NCBI GenBank assembly: GCA_964409365.1
Contig: CAYPCX010000001.1
Coordinates: 128,684 to 192,683, forward strand
Source of the DNA: an uncultured Planctomycetia bacterium
GTDB taxonomy: Bacteria > Omnitrophota > Gorgyraeia > Tantalellales > Tantalellaceae
Reading direction: 5' to 3'
DNA: 64,000 nucleotides
Under the pieces are notes generated by a model. The model saw only the letters and a list, made by a program, of their open reading frames with translations, was not told the origin of the DNA and made no database searches. Position 1 is the stretch's first letter. Each line of letters starts with the position of its first letter. A program made the translations under genes and the position numbers. This document shows positions 47,466 through 55,908 of the stretch, one piece after another.

Positions 47466-48492
47466 TCCCCGGAATATAGTGATAATGCGGACCGACCGCA
47501 TAGGAGAGGTCCTGCTTTCCACCGTCGCGGTGGACGCTCTCAGGAGGGCATTCCCCGGCGCCCGCATATCGTTCGTGACGTCCGAATATTCCAGGCCAGT
47601 CGTGGAAGGGAGGGACGATATCGACGAAGTGGTAACGGTGGACACTATGACCAGAGGCGGAACACTTGTTAGGGCGGTCCGCCTGGCCTCGACCTTGAAA
47701 GAGAAGAAGTTCGACGCGGCGATCGTCCTGAACCCGCATAAGGTCCTGCACATGGCCGCTTTTCTGGCGGGCATCGGTGTACGCCTCGGGTATGACAGGA
47801 AATGGGGATGTCTGCTGAACAGGAAGATGCGCGATTTAAGATCTGAAGGCAGAAAACACGAAATAGAGTACACCATGGACCTTCTCCGGCTTTTGGGAGT
47901 AGAAGGCGAGGCCTTTGGGCCGAGGCTCCCGGTGGATGAGGCGGCAAGAGAACGTGTGAGGGAGTTTCTGTCTAGAAGGGGGATCGCGCCGGATACACGC
48001 GTTATCGTGGTCCATCCCGGCAGCAGTAACCCGGCCAAAATATGGCCGAGCGGACGGTATGCGCTGCTCATACGCAGAATAAGGATGGAATTGGGGTTTC
48101 TCGTTTGCGTGCTGGGGGTAAAGGAGGAACGCTCCCTGGCTAACAGGATAGTGCAGGAGGCAGGAGCGGATGTGCTGAACCTTGCCGGAGAGTTCGACCT
48201 GAAAGAGGTTTCCGCGCTTCTGGAACGAGCGTGTCTTTTCATCGGGAATGACACGGGTCCCATGCACATGGCGGCTGCTCTCGGCGTGCCCGTGGTGGCC
48301 ATATTCTCGAGGAACATACCTGGCGTGAGCCCCGCCAGATGGCGGCCCTGGGGCGAGGGGCACGTGGTCTTTCACGAGACGCCGGGCTGCGAACCGTGCC
48401 ATGATACGGGATGCCCTTATGAATATAAATGCATGCAGGCGGTAGCTGTCGATGATGTATTTAAAGCAGCGCAAAGGATATTAAATGTCTAA
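47449..48492 (+). CDS. Glycosyltransferase family 9 (heptosyltransferase-like)
   Basis: IVIMRTDRIGEVLLSTVAVDALRRAFPGARISFVTSEYSRPVVEG..LFIGNDTGPMHMAAALGVPVVAIF. Confidence 0.8.
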   Translation: MPEKTDPRNIVIMRTDRIGEVLLSTVAVDALRRAFPGARISFVTSEYSRPVVEGRDDIDEVVTVDTMTRGGTLVRAVRLASTLKEKKFDAAIVLNPHKVLHMAAFLAGIGVRLGYDRKWGCLLNRKMRDLRSEGRKHEIEYTMDLLRLLGVEGEAFGPRLPVDEAARERVREFLSRRGIAPDTRVIVVHPGSSNPAKIWPSGRYALLIRRIRMELGFLVCVLGVKEERSLANRIVQEAGADVLNLAGEFDLKEVSALLERACLFIGNDTGPMHMAAALGVPVVAIFSRNIPGVSPARWRPWGEGHVVFHETPGCEPCHDTGCPYEYKCMQAVAVDDVFKAAQRILNV

Positions 48493-48518
48493 AAAGTTTT
48501 CAATGCGAACACAGAAAA

Positions 48519-48612
48519 GAAAAGAGTCTCCCGTGCTCAAACAGTTTTTGCCTCACACATTTTGCGTGACAGCAAAAAAACTGCGCGCGGGAGACCCTTT
48601 CCTTTTTTACGC
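48519..48612 (+). repeat. Palindromic terminator-like intergenic repeat, copy B
   Basis: aaaagagtctcccgtgctcaaacagtttttgcctcacacattttgcgtgacagcaaaaaaactgcgcgcgggagaccctttccttttttacgc. The arms are reverse-complementary (GAGTCTCCCGTGC / GCGCGGGAGAC), and the hairpin is followed by a T-run. Confidence 0.6.
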
Positions 48613-48745
48613 TCCCGTTGAGGACTTTTCGAATATGGAATATGTGGAACTTGTATAACTTAAAGAGGAAAGGGTGTTCCCGTACAGGGAGGATCCACAC
48701 CGGGCGGAGGGGCCCTGGCAGGGAGTACCCTTTCGTCTTTACGCT

Positions 48746-49840
48746 ATGAACAGGATACTGGTAGCTAACATATTCGGCATAGGGGACGTTCTCTTCACGA
48801 CGCCCCTTATCTCGAGCCTGAAGAGGAAGATGCCCGGTCTTTCGGTGGACTATCTCTGCAACGCCAGGGCCAGGGGGATGGTCAAGTTTATACCGGATGT
48901 GGACGATATATACGTGTATGAGAAGGATGATCTCGCTTCCCTGTGGCGCTCTTCGAAGCCGGCCTGCCTTAAACGGTCGTGGGAGATCTTCTCGGCTCTC
49001 AGGGATAAAAAATATGACGCGGTCTTTGATTTCACGCTTTCGCGAAAGTTCGGGTTTTTCTTAATGCTGGCCGGTATCCGCAGGAGAATAGGGCTGGACT
49101 ACAAAAAAAGAGGGACTTTCCTCACGGATAAGACTGCGTTTACGGGTTTTGAACAGCGGCACGTGATAGAACATTATCTTGATCTTCTGGAGCATGCGGG
49201 AGTGGAACCTTCGGTGAGGGAGCTGGGCCTGGTGCCGGATGAGAACGCCCTCGAACGCGCGGACCGCTTTTTGGGGGAGAAAGGTGTGGGAGAAGGGGAT
49301 CTTGTGGCCGTCATGCCGGGCGGCGGCGCCAGCTGGGGGCCGATGGCGCCCAGGAAACGATGGAGCGCTGGAGGGTTCGCGCGCGTCGCGGACATATTGA
49401 CGGAAAAAGGATATAAGGTACTTATTCTCGGGGACAGGTCGGAAACAGGTCTTTGTGAGGATACTGTCCGGATGATGAAAGAAAAATGCGCGTTGGTCGA
49501 GAACGGCCTGGAGATCGAAGAATACATAGCGGTCCTGGCGAGGTGCGGCCTGGCGGTCTGCAACGACGGAGGCCCCCTTCACGTGGCGGTCGCGCTGGGG
49601 CTCAGGACGGTGTCGATATTCGGCCCCGTGGACGAAAAGGTGTACGGGCCTTATCCGCCTTCAGAGAAACACGTGGTCATGACCGCGAAAGAGTTGGGCT
49701 GCCGGCCGTGTTATGGGAGGTTCCGGTTGCCGGAATGTTCAAACGATCTACGGTGTCTGGGTAATATTGAACCGGGAAAAGTGGCGAACGCCTGCTTGAA
49801 ACTTTTGGGAAGGAAAGATGTATATACGGACGTTAAATAG
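48746..49840 (+). CDS. Glycosyltransferase family 9 (heptosyltransferase-like)
   Basis: MNRILVANIFGIGDVLFTTPLISSLKRKMPGLSVDYL..VAVMPGGGASWG..VCNDGGPLHVAVALG. ATG 48746 gives a family-typical N-terminus. An upstream GTG at 48674, preceded by aagaggaaagg, is an alternative start. Confidence 0.75.
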   Translation: MNRILVANIFGIGDVLFTTPLISSLKRKMPGLSVDYLCNARARGMVKFIPDVDDIYVYEKDDLASLWRSSKPACLKRSWEIFSALRDKKYDAVFDFTLSRKFGFFLMLAGIRRRIGLDYKKRGTFLTDKTAFTGFEQRHVIEHYLDLLEHAGVEPSVRELGLVPDENALERADRFLGEKGVGEGDLVAVMPGGGASWGPMAPRKRWSAGGFARVADILTEKGYKVLILGDRSETGLCEDTVRMMKEKCALVENGLEIEEYIAVLARCGLAVCNDGGPLHVAVALGLRTVSIFGPVDEKVYGPYPPSEKHVVMTAKELGCRPCYGRFRLPECSNDLRCLGNIEPGKVANACLKLLGRKDVYTDVK

Positions 49841-50804
49841 CCTGTTACGGTCCCTGCAGAAGAACCGTTCGGGGAAACTCCTGTATTACCCTTCAAAGGT
49901 CTCTTTTGAGACGGGCAATATCTGCAACCTGCGCTGCCCGTTATGTCCCACGGCCGACGAAGATCAGAAAGACGTGAAAAGGGGTTTCATGTCCTTTGAG
50001 GGTTTCAGGAACGTTTTCGACAAGATCGCTCCCTTCGTGAAGACGATCGACCTTTTCAGCTGGGGAGAACCTTTTCTTAATAAGGACCTGGGCAAGATGA
50101 TAAAGTACGCTAAACAGCGGAAACCGGGGATCAGGATATTCATAGACAGCAACCTGAACGTTATCAGCGAAGAGCAGGTAGAAGCTGTGGTAAGATACGG
50201 GCTGGACGTTCTGAAGGTCTCATGCGACGGCGCGACACAGGGCGTGTATGAACAGTACAGGGTAGGCGGGGACCTGGACGCCGTTCTGGGTAACGTAAGG
50301 AGGATACTCTCCCGGAAGGCGGAGTTGAACAGCTTGAAGCCTCGTATCATCTGGAAATATCTCGTGTTCAGGCACAACCGGGCTGAAGTGGACGAGGCGA
50401 GGGACATGGCCGGGATGCTGGGCGTGGATTTCGAGGCAAGCGGCATGCGTGTCGACTGCGGAAAAGAGATATTCGAGAACGTGGAGGAATCTGTCGAAAG
50501 GGACAGGGTGTGGATCCCCGAGGATACCGAGTACGATAATTACAGGGACCTTACGGCGGGCAAGACTTTTTGCGAAAAACCCTGGCGTACCCTGACCGTG
50601 AATTGGGACGGGGAAGTGGTGCCATGCGGCGCCATATATGACTGTGCGCGGTACAGCTTCGGCAATCTACTGCGGCAGGGTTTTGACGAGGTGTGGAACG
50701 GAGAGAAGTTCGTCCTCGCCAGAGGAGTGATATCCGGCAAGAGCGAGGGGAAGAAGGACCATATATGTTCCATTTGCAAAGAGAACGGGTACCAGTTCTT
50801 TTGA
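49818..50804 (+). CDS. Radical SAM enzyme with C-terminal Cys-rich (SPASM/twitch-like) domain
   Basis: ETGNICNLRCPLCP (CxxxCxxC). C-terminal additional Cys cluster (CEKPW..CGAIYDCARY..HICSICKENGY). Confidence 0.7.
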   Translation: MYIRTLNSLLRSLQKNRSGKLLYYPSKVSFETGNICNLRCPLCPTADEDQKDVKRGFMSFEGFRNVFDKIAPFVKTIDLFSWGEPFLNKDLGKMIKYAKQRKPGIRIFIDSNLNVISEEQVEAVVRYGLDVLKVSCDGATQGVYEQYRVGGDLDAVLGNVRRILSRKAELNSLKPRIIWKYLVFRHNRAEVDEARDMAGMLGVDFEASGMRVDCGKEIFENVEESVERDRVWIPEDTEYDNYRDLTAGKTFCEKPWRTLTVNWDGEVVPCGAIYDCARYSFGNLLRQGFDEVWNGEKFVLARGVISGKSEGKKDHICSICKENGYQFF

Positions 50805-50936
50805 GAGTGTAAAGTAACAAGGAACAAGGATAAAGGATAAAGTGATCGGTAAGCAGTAACCAGAGTTATCTGGAAACCGGTTACGGGAAACGGGTTACTT
50901 TTGAGAGTATCGAGTATTGGGTAACAAGGACATAGT

Positions 50937-50966
50937 ATACATCGGGTGTATATACATCGGGTGTAT
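50937..50966. promoter_or_regulatory. Two perfect tandem copies of a 15-bp palindromic site, ATACA-TCGGG-TGTAT, 80 bp upstream of the GT2-GT2 gene
   Basis: atacatcgggtgtat atacatcgggtgtat. Each unit has 5-bp inverted arms (ATACA/TGTAT), like an operator. TTGAC-like hexamers lie downstream at 50986 and 51007, and an SD aaagggga sits at 51035. Confidence 0.4.
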
Positions 50967-51047
50967 GAATAGGTTTGAGGAAGGGTTGACGAACGTTTCT
51001 TGATACTTGACGCTTAGTACTTGTTACTCCCAAGAAAGGGGATTTTG

Positions 51048-52631
51048 ATGGAGGGCAAGAGAGTGCCTTTATCGGTAGTGATCATAACGAAGAACGAAGA
51101 GAACAGGCTCAGGGAGTGCCTGGAAAGCGCCAAGTGGGCCGATGAGATCGTGGTACTGGACGATAACAGCCGGGACCGGACGGTGGACATCGCTAAAGAG
51201 TACACGGACAAGGTATACCGGAAAGAGATGACCAACGAGGGGGCGCACAGGAATTACGCTTACTCGCTCGCGTCCAACGAGTGGGTACTCAGCCTCGACG
51301 CCGACGAGAGGATCACCCCCGAGCTGAAGGAAGAGATAGCCGGGGTCCTGGCCGGCGGCACCGACTGTAACGGGTTCACCGTGCCGCGTAAGAACTTCAT
51401 AGGGGACTTCTGGCTGAAACACGGGGGCTGGTACCCGAGCGCGCAGCTCAAATTTTTCAAGAAAGACAAATTCAAATACGAGGAAGTGGACGTTCATCCG
51501 AGGGCGTTCATGAAGGATCCGCGGGGTCAGCTTTCGAGCCCGTTACTGCATTACAGTTACCGGGACCTTGAGGATTTCGTGAACAAGCTCAATAACCAGA
51601 CCTCGAGGGAAAGCGCCAAATGGGGAGAGTCGGAAAAAGGGATGCCTTTTTCCAGGGCTTTCAGGCGGAGTATAGACCGTTATGCCAGGGCATATCACAG
51701 GAAAGAAGGCAAAAAGGACGGTACGATGGGTTTTATTCTGGCCACGCTGGGCGGTTTTTACCAGATACTCAGCTACGCCAAGTACTGGGAGGCGAAGCTC
51801 CCGCCTTATGACCCCAAAGCGGGGTCGGACCCGGCAAGCCCCGAGAAGGACACCGATCCGGACCGTTTGAAACTGTCCGCCGTGATAATCACGAAGAACG
51901 AGGAAGACAATATCGCGGATTGCCTTGAAAGCCTGAAGTGGGCTGATGAGGTGGTCGTCGTCGACGGGTTCAGTACCGACAGGACGGCGGATATTTGCAG
52001 GGAATACGGGGCCAAGGTAGTGCAGCACAAGTTCGAAGGTGACTTCGGCCTGGAAAGGAATATAGGGGTCGAGAACTCTTCCGGCGACTGGATATTGCAG
52101 CTGGACGCCGACGAAGTGGTAACGGAAGGGTTTAAGCGAAGGACCCTCAGGATGCTTAAAGAGAAGGACGACCATGCTTCTTACAAGTTCATGCGAAAGA
52201 ATTTTTTCATGGGGCATTTCATGAGGTACGGGGGGTGGTACCATCATTCGCACCACTTTTTCAGGAAGGGAAAAGCCCATTACGACGGCCGTGTACATCA
52301 CCAGCTCATCGTCGACGGCAAGACGGGTATCCTCAAGGAGGACGTGGAGCACTATCCTTTCAAGGGCTTTTCGCAGCTTATAACCAGGCAGAACCGTTAT
52401 ACCACGATCGAGGCCCGGGAACTTCTGGAGCTCAGGGGAAAGATCGACGAAAAGGAAGTGGCGTATAACATAATCGCAAAGCCCCGGAAGCTTTTCTGGA
52501 AATTCTACGTTAAAAAAATGGGTTTCAGGGAGGGGATGAGGGGATTCCTCTTTTCCGTGCTTTTCGCATGGGTCCACTTCATAAAATGGGCGAAATACTG
52601 GGAAATGAGCCGTGAGCGAGAGGTTGAGTGA
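51048..52631 (+). CDS. Tandem double GT2 glycosyltransferase (two fused family-2 domains, LPS-core WaaE/KdtX-like)
   Basis: First domain LSVVIITKNEENRLRECLESAKWADEIVVLDDNSRDRT. Second domain LSAVIITKNEEDNIADCLESLKWADEVVVVDGFSTDRT. Both continue with matching ..LDADE..GGWY.. blocks. SD aaagggga lies 6 nt upstream of ATG 51048. The 344-aa antisense ORF is a shadow. Confidence 0.8.
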   Translation: MEGKRVPLSVVIITKNEENRLRECLESAKWADEIVVLDDNSRDRTVDIAKEYTDKVYRKEMTNEGAHRNYAYSLASNEWVLSLDADERITPELKEEIAGVLAGGTDCNGFTVPRKNFIGDFWLKHGGWYPSAQLKFFKKDKFKYEEVDVHPRAFMKDPRGQLSSPLLHYSYRDLEDFVNKLNNQTSRESAKWGESEKGMPFSRAFRRSIDRYARAYHRKEGKKDGTMGFILATLGGFYQILSYAKYWEAKLPPYDPKAGSDPASPEKDTDPDRLKLSAVIITKNEEDNIADCLESLKWADEVVVVDGFSTDRTADICREYGAKVVQHKFEGDFGLERNIGVENSSGDWILQLDADEVVTEGFKRRTLRMLKEKDDHASYKFMRKNFFMGHFMRYGGWYHHSHHFFRKGKAHYDGRVHHQLIVDGKTGILKEDVEHYPFKGFSQLITRQNRYTTIEARELLELRGKIDEKEVAYNIIAKPRKLFWKFYVKKMGFREGMRGFLFSVLFAWVHFIKWAKYWEMSREREVE

Positions 52632-52735
52632 GTGTTAAGGTCAAGGTTGAATGAGTGTTAAGGTTAAGGTTGCAATGGAGTGCGTAGAGGGCTACTGGAG
52701 AAACAATTCTAGACCTAAGCCTGAACCTGGACCTA

Positions 52736-53926
52736 ATGCGAAATACGATATACGAAATATTATATGCGATATGCTTAATTATGGATCATCAGTGTGATAT
52801 AGTTTTGCTGAGTTATGAAAGTCCCCAGCTTCTCAGGAAGTGCGTCCGGAGCGTCCTGGACCACACCCGCGTAAGTTCCCGCCTTATAGTGGTCGATAAC
52901 GCCAGTAAAGATCCCGGTGTGAAACAGTTCCTTGGCGGCATTCACGGCAACTCGACGGTAGAGATAGAAAAACTCTTCAGCGAAGAGAACGCCGGTTTCG
53001 CGGCCGGGATGAACAAAGGAATGCGTTTGGCGGATTCCCCGTTCGTGTGCCTTTTGAACAACGATTGCGTGGTGACCGAGGGGTGGCTTGAGGAGATGAT
53101 CGCGGTCTCGCGTTCAAGAGATGATATAGGCCTGGTCAATCCCCAGAGCAATACGTTCGGTTCCAGGCCTGACGCCGGAGCTTCTATCGATAGCCATGCC
53201 ATGTTGCTCAGCGACAGGAGAGGCCGGTTCGTCGAACTCGGCCATGCTATAGGGTTCGCGTGTCTGATAAAGAAAGAGGTCATAGACAGGATAGGTTATC
53301 TGGATGAGGAATATGAAGGCGTTTGCTACGAGGATACCGATTTTTCCGTCAGGGCGCAGAAAGCCGGTTATATTTCCGTCATGGCCGAGGGAGCCTATGT
53401 CTTCCACGTGGAACAGGCCTCCAGGAGGAACATGAAGGACAAGGGTTCGGTTTACAAGAAGAACAGGGAGATATTCGAACGTAAATGGGGGCGCCTGTTG
53501 AGGATCTTCTACCTGGATAACCGCCAGCAGGGAGAGGTAGAGACCATAAAGAGTTACGAAGCCCTGAAAGGTATTGCCCGGGAAAGGGCCATAGTGGATT
53601 TCTGGGTCAGACAGAAGAGGGGCGGGAAAAAGGACTTTTTCGGCGAAGAGAAAAGGGCCACCATAAAACACGCCGATATAGGAGTAACTGTTTTCAGCGG
53701 CAATTTTATAGCCCTGGCGGTCCTCTTGCGTGTCCTGACCAAGAAAAAAAAGTACGACGCGGTCATAACGGATAAAGGCGTCGTTTCGCTGGTATTGCGG
53801 ATACTGAAGTTCCTTCACGGGACGGAGGTCTTCACCCGGGAAGGCAGCTGGGCGCGGAAGGGGGACATGGTGTTCGACCTGAACCAGCCTTCGGGTTTCG
53901 CGGAATATCTTAGGAAAAGGAAATGA
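52736..53926 (+). CDS. Glycosyltransferase family 2 with C-terminal extension
   Basis: DIVLLSYESPQLLRKCVRSVLDHT..LIVVDNASKD..AAGMNKGMRLADSPFVCLLNNDCVV (GT2 DxD and QxxRW-like region). An ATG at 52781 is an alternative start. Confidence 0.75.
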   Translation: MRNTIYEILYAICLIMDHQCDIVLLSYESPQLLRKCVRSVLDHTRVSSRLIVVDNASKDPGVKQFLGGIHGNSTVEIEKLFSEENAGFAAGMNKGMRLADSPFVCLLNNDCVVTEGWLEEMIAVSRSRDDIGLVNPQSNTFGSRPDAGASIDSHAMLLSDRRGRFVELGHAIGFACLIKKEVIDRIGYLDEEYEGVCYEDTDFSVRAQKAGYISVMAEGAYVFHVEQASRRNMKDKGSVYKKNREIFERKWGRLLRIFYLDNRQQGEVETIKSYEALKGIARERAIVDFWVRQKRGGKKDFFGEEKRATIKHADIGVTVFSGNFIALAVLLRVLTKKKKYDAVITDKGVVSLVLRILKFLHGTEVFTREGSWARKGDMVFDLNQPSGFAEYLRKRK

Positions 53927-53941
53927 TATTATATTGAGGTT

Positions 53942-53998
53942 CTGGGGACACGTCTGTGTGGACGGCATGTAGGCGAGCAGACATGTCCCCAGAATATA
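53942..53998 (+). terminator. Putative rho-independent terminator (15-bp GC-rich stem, 21-nt loop, followed by A/T-rich tract)
   Basis: Left arm ctggggacacgtctg (53942-53956) pairs 14/15 with right arm cagacatgtccccag (53978-53992). It is followed by aatatattttta and sits directly after the GT2 stop at 53926. Confidence 0.5.
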
Positions 53999-54435
53999 TT
54001 TTTATGAACATGAAATTCGGTATGCTTACAAAAAAACAATTGTTGAAATTTACGTTAATCGTATGGATAATTCTGTGGATGTTCTTCCTGGTCCGCGAGG
54101 ACAAGGACGGACAATACAAACGCCTGGCGTATTTTTACACCCACGGGTACGGGGATAACAGCCGTTACATAATGGGGCCGGACCTTTATGATTTCCTGGT
54201 ATTTTCCAGGAGGAACATCCCCGACGGGTCTACCTACCAGCTCATAGGGTTCGAAAGGTTCTCGATAGCCGAAGTAAGGGCGAGATATTTTCTGTGGCCG
54301 CTCAGGAGCGTTTCGGAAGACGCGGAATTCAAGATCTTCTATGGCGGAAAAGACGCGGAAGTCCCCGGATATGTGCTTTACCGGGATTATGACGGAAAGG
54401 GCGTGATACTGGTGAAAGAAGGCGGCGTGCGATGA
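53956..54435 (+). CDS. Hypothetical small membrane-anchored protein
   Basis: One N-terminal TM helix (LLKFTLIVWIILWMFFLV). No recognisable family. The true start is probably the internal Met, MNMKFGM.. (~54004), downstream of the hairpin. Confidence 0.4.
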   Translation: MWTACRRADMSPEYIFMNMKFGMLTKKQLLKFTLIVWIILWMFFLVREDKDGQYKRLAYFYTHGYGDNSRYIMGPDLYDFLVFSRRNIPDGSTYQLIGFERFSIAEVRARYFLWPLRSVSEDAEFKIFYGGKDAEVPGYVLYRDYDGKGVILVKEGGVR

Positions 54436-55817
54436 GTTTTTTCTTTTCGGTCCTTTCGCTCGAGGTCATAGGGTTTTTCTTCATGCTGATGATCGTGAAA
54501 AGAAGAAGATATCCCTGTCCGATCGCGGAACTCGCCTCCCTGTCCTATTTTCTCGGAATGGGTTTTGGTGTGTATTTTCTGATGCTGTACCACTTTGCCG
54601 GGTTGGCGTTCACGTTCGCCCATGTCGTGTCGATACCCGTGGTGATGGCGATATTGACAGCCGCATATTACTTTTCGAGACCCGAAAGGGGAAGAGAGCT
54701 TGCCCCTGAGGCGCGATGGAAGAGATGGAACCTTGCCGAATGGCTGTTGGCGCTGGGCGTGCTGGCACAACTGGTGTGGATCGTTTTTCTGGTCATACCG
54801 GTGCCGGTCTCTTCACATGACGCTGTGGCGAATTACGCTTTAAAAGCGAAGATCTTTTATTTCGCGGGAGGCATTCCCGCCGGTTATCCTGCCTGGAACG
54901 AAGCCACGGTGGCGCACCCGGGGTATCCGCCGCTCTTGCCTTTGCTGATGACGTGGGTCTATTGCTTCACGACCTTTGACGACCTGGTCGTGAAGATGCT
55001 GATGCCTGTCATCTACCTGGCTTTTATCGTGCTCTTTTATTCGCAGATGAAAAGATTCTTCACGAGAGCTTACGCCATGCTCGCGGTCTTCCTGCTGGCT
55101 ACCATACCGCAGCTCGCGGATTACGCGACGCGGATGTACGCGGACCTTATCCTTGCCGCTTTTATTACATGCGCTGTCGGTTATTTCATGCTGTACGTGC
55201 GGGAGATGAAGAGCGTGTACATGGTCCTGGCCGCTCTTTTAATGGCCTTTTCGCTGTGGGTGAAGAACGAAGCTATTGTTTTTACCGGTGTCTTCGCTAT
55301 TTGTTCGATAGTTTTGTGCAAAAAAACCCGGCCTTCACTTAAACAGCGCGCGTTCCGTGATACGGTAATGGCCCTGCTGGTTATGGCCGCGATAGCCGCT
55401 CCGTGGTTCTTCGCGAAGCTGTCCGGCGGGCACGTGAACAGTGATATCGATCTTGCCAGGCTGACGCCTGAGAGGCTCTGGCAGAACGTGAAGGATATAC
55501 CCGTTATGCTCAACCTTTTCCAGCAGCAGGTGTTCGGCCCGAAAAAGTGGAACATGCTCTGGGTGATGGTCTTCGCAGGGTTAATATGGAAGAGAAAGTC
55601 CCTCTGGAAGGGAGAGTGTTTCTACCTTACACTTTTTCTTGTTCTGTCTATCGCGGGCTATTTTGCAGGGTACATGGTGACCACCGGGGAGAACCTGTTT
55701 TTTTACGTGAACACTACGCTGTCGCGTTTCATGCTGCATTTTTGCGGGATATCTCTTTTTCTGCTGGCGTTTCTGGTGTATGATGACGTGAAGCAATTGC
55801 CGAGTTTTGGGGAGTAG
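54432..55817 (+). CDS. Polytopic membrane protein (putative GT-C-like glycosyltransferase or polymerase)
   Basis: 461 aa, about 12 predicted TM helices. No precise family assignable by eye. Confidence 0.35.
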   Translation: MSFFFSVLSLEVIGFFFMLMIVKRRRYPCPIAELASLSYFLGMGFGVYFLMLYHFAGLAFTFAHVVSIPVVMAILTAAYYFSRPERGRELAPEARWKRWNLAEWLLALGVLAQLVWIVFLVIPVPVSSHDAVANYALKAKIFYFAGGIPAGYPAWNEATVAHPGYPPLLPLLMTWVYCFTTFDDLVVKMLMPVIYLAFIVLFYSQMKRFFTRAYAMLAVFLLATIPQLADYATRMYADLILAAFITCAVGYFMLYVREMKSVYMVLAALLMAFSLWVKNEAIVFTGVFAICSIVLCKKTRPSLKQRAFRDTVMALLVMAAIAAPWFFAKLSGGHVNSDIDLARLTPERLWQNVKDIPVMLNLFQQQVFGPKKWNMLWVMVFAGLIWKRKSLWKGECFYLTLFLVLSIAGYFAGYMVTTGENLFFYVNTTLSRFMLHFCGISLFLLAFLVYDDVKQLPSFGE

Positions 55818-55908
55818 CAACCAGTGACAGTGACCAGTAACCGGTTTCCAGTAACCAGAAAAATCTGGCAACTGGTTACTGTTTGTTAACAACTAATAGG
55901 GCGAGCAT

